Shown here: positions 47,851 to 58,843 of the stretch, one piece after another | How positions within the stretch are numbered: position 1 is the stretch's first letter | Layout of the letters: each line of letters starts with the position of its first letter | Source of the DNA: Antedon mediterranea | Taxonomy: Eukaryota > Animalia > Echinodermata | Assembly: GCF_964355755.1 (NCBI RefSeq) | Contig: NC_092675.1 | Location: forward strand, 15,720,912-15,784,911 | Length of the DNA stretch: 64,000 bases | Reading direction: 5' to 3' | Made by a program: the position numbers and the translations under genes | The notes under the pieces: generated by a model | Told to the model about the DNA's origin: nothing | Database searches by the model: none | Seen by the model: the letters and a program-made list of their open reading frames with translations, nothing else

Positions 47851-49331
47851 TTACCAATATGATTTCACGGCTTCAATGTCGTTAATCATCCCTTTCGCTA
47901 GGCAAATAAAAATACACTGAAGAACCATCAACGCTCCGCCAGCTATACTGATAAAAATGATATTTGTTCGGAACCAATCTTTTAACTCATCGGCGCATCC
48001 AGAAGTATATATAATTTTTTCTTGCTCAGCTTTACTTAGCTCCAATACACCATAACCGCATTGGTAATTTACAACACCATCAATAGGTCTGCAACAGGAA
48101 TACGGTACGCTGCACTCTGTAGCCGCGGGTCCATCACACGTGAAATACCTGTTGGGGAAGGTAAACAAGGAAATGGACAATATAGGCCTATAACTGTATC
48201 ATCATGAGTCACATAGATAATGTGCTACCATTAACAAAAATAATGGCAAGGTAACTGGCAGGTACAGCCCCGGTACAGCATGTTCACGTCGTACGTGTTG
48301 CATAGGCCATCCATGGTAATTATTGTTAAATGAGAGGCGTCTTCGAAAGCAAATTAAATAAAGAAGTATTAGTGCCGGTAAGTCAGATAGGCCTAGCCCA
48401 TTACTGATAGCATACGGTCAAAATGAGAATTGAAGAGAAGTGACATTTATAAGTTTGATGATGATATAACAACTTACATATTAGCTTGCCAATCATTCGG
48501 TTCGTATATTCCACAACACTCCAGACCTTGGTGCATCTCATCTGCTATGTATTGAGTATCGGTATCATCTAAATATTGAAAGCATGGAGGCAAAACACAA
48601 AAATTGACATTTCTTTTCATGCTTTTTTCTCTCACAAACATAGAAGGGATTTTCCGGTCACCATTAGAAGGAGCGGTGCATTTAAATAACTAACTCTCTA
48701 ATCAAGAGTATTTAGTGTTTTAGTACTGTAATAAGATGCTTTAGGTTTTTCAATGATAACATTGAAATTTGCGCGTGGGAATAGTCCATTGTATAAATAG
48801 GGATATATTAGACTTTTTTTTTAAAATTAGCGTTCAATCCTTACCATAATAAGATAAAATAGTTTTGTTCACGTAGTTTTCCAGAATGCTCACAACTTTT
48901 TCCTGGTAGACATATCCAAGCACTCCGGCGGTAATTTCAAGTAAAAATATTAAGATTACAGAGTATGCAAAGAATTTTAACATGCAAGTGTTCTCTCGCA
49001 AAGCACCAATACAACCAAAGAATGCTAGGGTAAAAATCAGACTGCCTACAAATACAAACATCCACATAGGGTCTAACTTCACTTGTTCTTCTTCAGCAAT
49101 TGCATCTATAACACCGCCGTTCTTCGCTATCAGGCCCCATATCCCAAATCCCAAAATAGCAGCCCCAAGAATCCAAAATAAAACGTTCATAAAAAACATA
49201 GAGTATTTGGTACAGAGGCTCACTTCGACGCCAGGCGGTGCCCCTAACCTCCTACGTCTGCGGATTGGAGCTTGTTGCTGAGAATGACTCTTGCCACCTT
49301 CAGGATGTACTGGTTTGTTTTGGTATGCCAT
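47851..49331 (-). CDS. Tetraspanin, TspanC8 subgroup, paralog B, 291 aa
   Basis: Exons 49331-48845, 48568-48478 and 48148-47851 (876 nt, GT-AG). GCIGALRENTCMLKFF, CCG, VPYSCC, eight loop cysteines, C-terminus DIEAVKSYW*. Confidence 0.95.
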
Positions 49332-51355
49332 TGTGTCTTAATACTACTAAAAATTAAGAAAAAATTAACAATATTCCTTGAAATTTTTTTTGAATTACGA
49401 ATCATTTTCCAGAGCCTATCAACAATGGTAATGACATTTTCATTTCAAATCAACCTTAATACCATACACACCTTTTACATACAACCTTAGTAAATATACT
49501 GTATCTGCTGTGTGTATGGATTTTGTGAGTGCCAAAGTAAATACGGTAAGTGTATTTCAAACATTTTTTTTTTCCTTTTTCTTTTTTTTGTTTATTCATT
49601 TTTTAAAATACAACCCATAACACAAAGTCACTTTAAACAAATATAAAGTAATAGGTATCAAAGTGATATGAACGTTTAACGTACAGTGATCAAACAATAT
49701 TAAAAACTATAAATTAAATTAGCCAGATATATACATTTAATAATTTCAAACATTTTATTAACTGTAACATTATGATTAAATTATGTTTTTACATTCACAC
49801 AATCATGCGAGGGCGCTATTATAGTTTAATAAGATAACAGAAGTACTGTATATCGTTTTCTTCCATGGTTGGTCACACAAATAAACCCCGTAAATGCAAT
49901 TTAATTCATATATACTTGAACTATTCCTCCTGAAACATGTTAGTATGTGACCTCGAGATCATATCCATGGCGACGTATTGTAACCAGGGGGTATAATGTC
50001 AACGCAGATCGATTAAAAATATCTTTTTAGGCGTAATTAATTTATAATAATTTTCAATTTGAAATAAATGTCAAAACAGGCAATGTAACCGTGATCTGGA
50101 CTGTGTCTTAATGATGCTACTGTAGTGTCGTGACCAGATTCGTACTGAAAATATACATGATAAAATGGAGATGAGAGAGAAAAGGCTATTATGTCGTTTA
50201 GGCCTTGTTGAGTATTTCGTTGCCCTTTCCAACAAGAGGAAGTAATTTAAGCTATCCGCATTGCTCACCTCGGGAACGCTAACAATCATGTTCGCGCTAC
50301 AGTGTAAAATCAGACTATCTGTAATGTGAAAAATCCCACAATGACATAACATAACTTACCATCTACACAAGTAAGGCAGGTTTTTCTCGTCTTAATAATT
50401 CCTTTTTTTACACGCCTTAAAAAATACTCCCCTTCGAGGTTGCTTATGTTTAATGTTTAATATGTAGACATATCTCTTTTGAAGTGTTTACTGGTTACAA
50501 TGTTTACAAGCAGATAAAACCGTTGTAGTCATAAGGTCTAAAGTCCAAACAATCGTCATAATAAGGCATTTATTAATTAACACAAGCGATGACTGTTCGG
50601 AAAACATCAATATGTGTGAACCTATTGATTAGAGTTCCGATTGCAGACCATTGTCGATTAATTAATGACATACCCCCTCTATAAAGACGATGCCTTGCGT
50701 GACAGTTCCAGTCTGAATAGTTACTCCTAATACAGTAGTAACTGTATTACTCCTAATACAGTAGTAACTGTATATTATTATTATAGGCCTACATTTTCAG
50801 TTTCTTCAGATATGGTTGAACAACTCCTACCTTCCTAACAACGTTCAATACAATTGATATGATTGAATGTTGTTGTAAGCTTCAACTACGGCCGCGTCAA
50901 TGACTTACCACCTCTGTTTGTTTCTAATTCATGAAGTAAAACAAATATCATCTCGCAGATAAATAGCGACTGTTATATGTTTACGCCTATAGCTTTAATT
51001 CAACATGAAATTATATTTTTCAGTAAAAATATGAATGGATCAATCTAATGTAGTAAATACTAATACATAGAAATGTAAGAAAAAATCGAAGCTCATGCAC
51101 CGGGTAAGAAAATATAGGACTTATATTAGCTGCGTGGTTTTTATCGTTATCTTAATTATAAATTTAGTTCATCTGAACTCGGTGCGAATTAACATAGGCT
51201 TAGGCCTTTACTATACTTAATTTATATATCATGTTTACTGCGGTCAAATCTACAGTAATTAAGTTTGAGTAAAGATTTGTCTGTTATGCGTCCCGTATCC
51301 TAATGTGTTTGCCATCTTTGGCATGACATTAAAAGAACAAACCAAAATTAACAGA

Positions 51356-51667
51356 TTAACAAATCAGACTGCCTACAAATTGGCCTACAAACATCCACAT
51401 AGGTTCTAACTTTACTTGTTCTTCTTCAGCAATTGCATCTATAAAACCGCCGTTCTTCGCTATCAGGCCCCATATCCCAAATCCCAAAATAGCAGCCCCA
51501 AAAATCCAAAATAACGACACGTTCAAAAACAACATAGAATTGGTACATGAGAGGCTCACTTCGACGCCAGGCGGTGCCCCTAACCTCCTACGTCTACGGA
51601 TTGGAACTTGTTGCTGAGAATGACTCTTGCCACCTTCAAGATGTACTGGTTTGTTTTGGTATGCCAT
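51356..51667 (-). pseudogene. Truncated duplicate of the first coding exon of tetraspanin B
   Basis: 51361-51966 is a close copy of ~49034-49505. The ORF stops inside TM2 (FVGSLIC*), and there is no donor site or downstream exon. Confidence 0.88.
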
Positions 51668-51805
51668 TGTGTCTTAATACTACTAAAAATTAAGACAAAA
51701 TTAACAATATTCCTTGACATTTTTACAGAGAATTACGAATCATTTTCCAGAGATATTGCCTATCAACAATGGTAATGAAATTTTAATTTCAAATCAACCT
51801 TATAC

Positions 51806-51851
51806 CATGGACCTATAAATTAGTTAATTTAATTTATATTATAGGTCCATG
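51806..51851. mobile_element. 46-bp TIR-only remnant with a 7-bp TSD (CTTATAC)
   Basis: CTTATAC|CATGGACCTATA..TATAGGTCCATG|CTTATAC. Absent from the parental copy at ~49455. Confidence 0.78.
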
Positions 51852-53372
51852 CTTATACCATACACACTTTTTACATACAACCATAAATACTATATAACAT
51901 TTTCATTTCAAATCAACATTACCATACACACTTTTTACATACAACCTTTAGTAAATATACTTGTATCGTATACTTTTCATGTTTATTGCGGTCAAATCTA
52001 CAGTAATTAAGTTTGAGTAATTATTTGTCTGTTATGTGTCCCGTATCCTAATGATGTGTTTGCCATCTTTGGCAAAGAACAAACCAAAATTAACACACAC
52101 ACACAAAACGAAAAACAGACATAGAAAGTAAAATAAAAAAGAATGCTAACAATTTTCAGTATATTTTGCGTAGGCCTTTTTAAATATCTTTTTCAAAACA
52201 TTATATCGTAAAGAATATTGAAATTCAACAGGCTGGAATCCCATCACCAGTAATTAAAATGGAGACCAATAATTAAACAGTAATTGGATAATAAACTCAT
52301 ATATTGAATCAATGATATCTTGGCTCAGATAACATTATTCTTTATTTCGGACCAAAAGCAACAAAAATACGTTGAATGTAAAGTAATAATAAACGCAATC
52401 ATGTAAAAAGAAAACATTTTGATTGAGAAATACCAAAACATTTGATAAAAGACAGGAATTGTGAACAACGAGAGTCTACAACAGAAAATTGCATTTTTAC
52501 AAGCATTAACCTGACACAATTTAACATAAAGATGTAAACGTAAAGGTTTTTACAATGAATATTACAAACAGAGGACATTAAAGTAAATTATAATCATTTA
52601 ACGAAACGTGTAATCTACTATATTTAAATAGTTGGGTATTATAGGACATGCTCGAGGTGGATAAAGCGAATACAAATCCGTCCTCAAAGAAACACCCTAT
52701 TGTTTGTAATTTTGGGCGTCCCAAAAAAGAAGACAATAGTGAGCGATAGCGATAATTAGCAAATAATAAAGAAAACAATTAAAGCATTCAATACGGTAAT
52801 AGTAAAAGAAAGAACATTACGAAGTCGGTAACTACACAAACATTCGTTTAGCAAGTTATGTTATATTCGATTCGATTGAGGCCCAAGCTTCATACAAAAC
52901 AATTATTTATAAGTATATATTTCTTGGCAAACGAAATTAAGGACATTAAATATTGATTAAAAAATTAAGACATAAAATAAAAAAACTATATTAAATGTAG
53001 CTCCGTCATGAATCTATATAAGCTCCATGGTTACGTTATACGTATAAACATAAACAGCCATTTCGAAGAAATTTAAGATATATAGGGTATTTGTTGTCTC
53101 TTTTAAACTACAACAAATATCACATCATTGAACTAAAAGTATATATCTAAACATTGTAAATGATTCAGCTTTTTAAATAAAACTTCCCAAGTTAATTTAA
53201 ATCTGTATCAACATCTTCTTTTCTTTTTAATTATGCTGTAATTCACCATGATTTCACTCAAATTTCAAACGCTTTTTCACATTTCATAATAATATTTATT
53301 TCCTTCATAATATATAATATATAAATAATATAGTACAAAGTTCATAATTAAATAGAAATAAGGTAGTAAAAA

Positions 53373-53379
<7 letters not shown>

Positions 53380-53444
<65 letters not shown>

Positions 53445-53445
53445 C
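53380..53445. repeat. (TA)n microsatellite followed by poly-T
   Basis: About 24 TA units, then a T run. Confidence 0.95.
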
Positions 53446-54410
53446 AAAATTAATAAAACAAACAAATTTACCATAACAGTTAAATTAGGCCTGTACTGAG
53501 TAAAACGATAATATGTAATGGAAATGTGTAGCTCATATTATTTATAAATGATTGGTATTAATCATGATTATAAATGATTGGTATTAATCATGATTTAAAA
53601 TTATTTGATAAATTCAATACAAAAATGTATACCTCTACCAATGTTAAAGGGTTCAGGAGAATAACGTACGGTGGAAGGATTTGGTAAATAAATGATACAT
53701 TATAGTATAAACACTCAATTCCATTAATAATGACAACATTGTGCTCATTAGTAATATACTATGATAGACTTAGGAGTGGTTTTTTTTGGTGTTCTAACTC
53801 GATAGTAATATGACAGACTTATGAGCGGGGCGTTTTTTTGTTTTTTTTGGTTTTTTTTGGTCGATTTATAATATTGTGTTTGTGTAGATCAGAAAAGTTA
53901 TTACCTTGGTAAAATTTGGTTAAAGTGGGGTGTGAATCCCATGGTATTAATGAGTGTGAAATACCCGTCTATGGAATATATCGATACCATATTTGTAAAC
54001 TTACACCCAGACGAGCCAACTTTTATTCTGAAAACAGATTAAGCAAATTACCCTGACATGCCCGGATTGAAAGCTAATTGGAAACTTAAATTCTTATTAT
54101 GATGTCTTTTATTAACATAATGATCCAAGCCAGAGTACTAATTAATGTATTGTTACTCTTATTTAAATGCTTTTAAATTTACTAATTCAATTAATTTTGG
54201 ATGTATACATTTCTATTATAGTCATTAATGATCCTGTTTAGAGTGATATTTGATATGAACAAATAAGTAGAAAGTAATAGCACGTACAGCATTGTGCCTA
54301 GACCGGTTTTCATTTTAGTTCATAAAATGTTAGTTCATTGGCGTTTGTTTGAAACTAATATTTTAGGCCATAGATGTATTGAATTGAATTCTTTTTTTTA
54401 TAATCTTTAA

Positions 54411-54962
54411 AGATGTATTGTCCCTTTGACTAATTCCAAAAAAAATAAAAAATAAAAGATTTCGAAAAAAAGGTGGTTCATTTTGAAGTATCATAATACA
54501 GTAGTTATTAACTATCTCCAAAAATTTTTCGAAAAAAAAAAAATTTAACTGAAATACAGACGTTTTTTGTTAAAAAAATAACTTTGACTTCCAGTCAAAG
54601 TTTTCAATCAAAACATATCCCATAATGAAACGCGCTTCTTTGGCTACTCTGTATGCATAATCATAAAACTTCTTCATGATCTGTGTGAAAATACCTTCTT
54701 AACCGTGACGAGTTGTAAACAATCCTAATTTAGCATATGCATAATGCGTACTCATGGTTTGAAATCTTTGTTTACTTTCGCTCGTGACGATTTTCCAGAT
54801 GAAATGTAATCAAACTAATTTACCTGTTAATTACGTAAACTTGTTGTGTTGGCTTAAATTTTCAACTTAAAGTGAATAACTTTAATATTACTTTGATATG
54901 GCCACTTTAAATTTAGAATATTTTGACCTTCATTTTTTTGTGTTTCAAGGGACAATACATCT
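54411..54962. mobile_element. Kolobok-like MITE (AG..CT ends, TTAA TSD)
   Basis: AGATGTATTGTCCCTT pairs with AAGGGACAATACATCT, with TTAA on both sides. It lies about 1 kb upstream of the Wnt8 ATG. Confidence 0.88.
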
Positions 54963-55539
54963 TTAACAATCCGATGTTACTGTATGGTATTTGATGAACT
55001 ATATACAGTAGTTATCTTATTAAAATGTGGTGGCTACATTTTACACGTTACTATTAAAATGTCATACTTATTTCAATTATGAATATCCTAAATTATTTCT
55101 ATCTTGACGTATATTGCCCTTTATGCTATTTTAATTAAATTCATATAGGCATACCGGTAAAGTAGGCTTTTTAAAGGTACTTCACTTTACCTCGGTCATC
55201 AATGTACCTAAGATATTCATTATAAAGTAAACCATGTGATCTATGAAACAATCCTATGGTCAGTGACGAACTTCGTTAGGATTTATCCATCACAATACTT
55301 CACGTTTGTTAATTCTTGTAATTATGTCTATATTTGGTTAAATGAAGTAGTACAAAACATTATTCGGAAGCCATAGCTATCTGTCATTGATCTTTTAAAA
55401 CACGTATTATTATTGCTGTACTAATAGATGATTTGTTCACATTAGTTGTTACTGAGCTAATTCTAAGCTCCTCTTAAAAATTAGTTACTAACATGCCAGA
55501 TTCCCCAAAGAAAAGTTTCAAAACAATAACCCAATTGTC

Positions 55540-55830
55540 TATTTCTGAGTCGCATCACTTAAGCGTACCCTTGTAGATTATCCGTGAATGGGCTACTGCG
55601 CATGCTACATGAAAGGTGCTAAATTCTTTATATGCGTGCCATTGTGCGCGTCGCGAAGCGGTAACGTCTTTTATATTTGACGCTTTAGTGTAAGTGGCTG
55701 TACCGCCGGTCGGTGGCTTTGTGGTAGCGTTCTATTGTTTCGGGTTAGTTGTTAGCCATTTTCAATCTATTAGCAAATCTCCTTTAAAGATCGTGCCCCT
55801 AACCAAATTCGTCATCATTCCAGTCTGCTT
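55540..55830 (+). promoter_or_regulatory. Putative Wnt8 proximal promoter
   Basis: A locally GC/CpG-rich stretch 140-430 bp upstream of the ATG. TTTAAA at ~55783 lies about 30 bp before an Inr-like TCATTC. Position-based inference only. Confidence 0.35.
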
Positions 55831-55968
55831 TAGCAAGGAGTAACAGCTTAAACACAACTTGTCCGTCGAGTACAATTTTTCGTTGCATCTTAATAATTTA
55901 CTGATTTTAATTTTACTTGGATATACACTTTCATTTGTTTTTAATATATCTTGGATATTCTTTGAAAT

Positions 55969-58843
55969 ATGGATATCAGCCAGTTAATGTTCTTACTTGG
56001 ATTTTTATTTATTCGTACTACATCTGGATGGTAGGTTGTTATTTTAATTTATTATTTTCTTTCATTGAAGTTAATTTGTTTCTATGATTTGTGTTATTAT
56101 TTATAATTATTTATTTAAACGTTAGTTTGTTATTTTTTATTATGTATAATTATTATTAATAATTATATTCGCTATTTTAATAGTACGATACTCGTATCAC
56201 GCTATGTTTTACAATGTGTATTCTAAGCGAATTGATATCATTTGCCGATGTATTTACAAATGATACTAATGTTATTTTTCATATTGATTTTAGTTTTATT
56301 TTGGTTCCTTTTATGTAGAATGTTTTACATTGCTAAACCACCTACACCTTAACTTCGCCCTGTTACTGTACATATTTTTATGTACACTTACCTTTTATAA
56401 ACTTTTACTTAATACATTTGCTTTTCTTTCTTAGGATGAGTAATTTGCTGATGACTGGACCTAAGGTATGTTTTTTTAAATCAATGTAGTTATAAATTAC
56501 CATAAAATGGATTCGACAGATCAACAACTATCCATTTATGTTTCATGTCCTTCCATCGAATGAATTAACTATTTTATTTTTCCCAAAATTTACAGTAGCT
56601 CACATCAACGCACTCATGTAGATCTCCTGTTTTTCTCAAATAATTTTACTCTACCATCTGAGCTGCTCAGAAAAGTAAAATTAATACTGTATTCATTTTA
56701 CCATTATTTAAATCTTTGTTTTCTTTTTTTCCCTTCATTCCAGGCGCTTCTCACCTACTACCCAAGTGTGGCAGCCGGTGCGACAAATGCGTTACATGAG
56801 TGCCAACACCAATTCAAATGGGATAAATGGAACTGCCCAGAAAGCTCAATCGTCTCCTTTGGTCGTAACGAACTTCCACGTAAGTTATTTCATGTTTAGT
56901 TATTCTTAGCATAAAATAGTTAATATTGTTCATTTTTTTATCCTTCATGACTTGAAAAATGCTTAATTTACATGTAAACAAAATGTATGTAATTTGTATA
57001 CCGCAATTGATTTAACGCATCTGTTTTAATTTTATCTATCTATTTATATTTTAATCTTACAGTATATGCTTGTAAAATGCATGAATTCCCTTCTGTTCCA
57101 TTGCCGTCTGTTAACTCGGTTTTTTTTCACCGTTTAGTATCTATAATTTATGTTATAAGCAAGTAAAACTTTTACTTAATACATTTGCAAATATGTAATG
57201 TAGTCTTCCAATAATTAACACACATTTCTTTATATCTTTACAGCAAATAGGGAAACTTCGTTCGTACATGCAATTAGTTCAGCGAGTGTTCTACATACTT
57301 TAACCAGAAACTGTACTCTCGGAGAGTTTGAGAAGTGTGGTTGTGATGACAGTTATCTTGGCAAAAAGGGTAAGATCAGAATCAACTACTTTATAATTAT
57401 AGTTCTATTATACAATTCAACCATTTTAAACATTTTAATATGTATAGAAAATACTTTGTTTATATTTATTTTCAGTTATGGAATTTAATACAATTCATTA
57501 ATTTAAAAAATGTTTTAAATTTGTATAGAAACCAATTTGTGTTCATGTCCGTGAAATTTGTTAATTATCTTTGGTGATTATTTTTGTTGATTGATTGGTG
57601 ATTACCTACTTAATTTGTAATACATTTTTTATTATTACTTCTTATGTGATTTTATTTTGTGTTTCAAAGGCAAGTTACTCTAATTTCCTTGTGTTTTAAT
57701 GTAGGCAATGGTCTCACACACAATCCTTTCCCTCATTTAATTATATTTATATGTACTTTAACCGATTTCTTTCTCTTTTTCAAAATAGGTGGTGAAGAAT
57801 GGACATGGGGTGGTTGTAGTGACAACGTTGATTTTGGTGATCGCATATCTCAACAGTTTGTCGATGCACTTGAGACTGGTAGTGACGCTAGAGCTGCGAT
57901 GAACCTTCACAACAATGAAGCCGGTAGAAAGGTCAGCATTATTTTCATTCCTAACTTTAATTTTAGGGCAAATATCATTCAACTGTTTTAACTTTTAACT
58001 GTTTTATCATTTTAGAAAAACTTGATTTAAAACAAACTGTTAAAAATCTTTACTGTCTGCACCAATAGTGGTGTCAACACTCCCACCTCCAATACCCCAA
58101 ACAATTATTTTGTATTATTTTGATTTCCTTCACTTTAATTTTAGGGCAAATATCATTTCAACTGTTAGTTAGTTTTAGAAAAAGGTTAAAATTGAATGTA
58201 ATATTATTATATCACAGTGTCCTTACTGTCTGCCTGCACCTCCCTCTCCCACCTCCAATTGTTTTTTGTAATTCTTCATTGTTCATCGAAAGGAGACTGA
58301 TTCCCTGCATTAAAATAATTATTGTTTTTATATTAACTAAATATGTTTCTTTTCTAGGCTGTTCACCAAACCATGACCCGAGCCTGTAAATGTCACGGCG
58401 TATCTGGAAGCTGTTCGATCCAGACTTGTTGGAAGCAGTTGGCCGAGTTCCGCAGCGTTGGTTCACTACTCAAAAAGAAATTCGAAAATGCCGTCCGTGC
58501 AGATTTTGTCAGCGAAGTCTCGAACGAAGGAACAATGGTCGACCCTGTGTTCATCGGTGTTACCAAGCGAGATTTAGTCTTCCTTGACAGATCACCTAAC
58601 TACTGTTTGGCTAACGTGACTGCAGGAATCGGCGGTACAGAAGGCAGAGAATGCACAAGAAGCGACGACAACAAATGGGAAAAGAAGAGTTGTAAGAGAA
58701 TTTGTTCCAGCTGTGGCCTGAACGTGAAGAAGACGAAAGTTATTCGTAAAACAAGTTGTAACTGTAGCTTTCAATGGTGTTGCAATGTTAAATGTGACGA
58801 ATGTATTGAAGAAGTTACTATTCTCACTTGCTCTCGTAGTTAA
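55969..58843 (+). CDS. WNT8: Wnt8 ligand, 6 coding exons, 327 aa
   Basis: Exons 55969-56030, 56435-56465, 56744-56879, 57244-57369, 57789-57931 and 58358-58843 (984 nt, GT-AG, in frame). It has a signal peptide, the Wnt8-diagnostic [69 protein letters not shown] and [13 protein letters not shown]. Confidence 0.97.

Noticed and set aside
54766-55966. TCF/LEF-like CTTTG(A/T)(A/T) sites upstream of Wnt8
   Set aside because: Three hits in 1.2 kb of AT-rich DNA is near chance level, and two lie inside a MITE.
57950-58270. Duplicated segment in Wnt8 intron 5 (ACTTTAATTTTAGGGCAAATATCATT twice)
   Set aside because: An ordinary diverged local duplication with no coding or structural signal.
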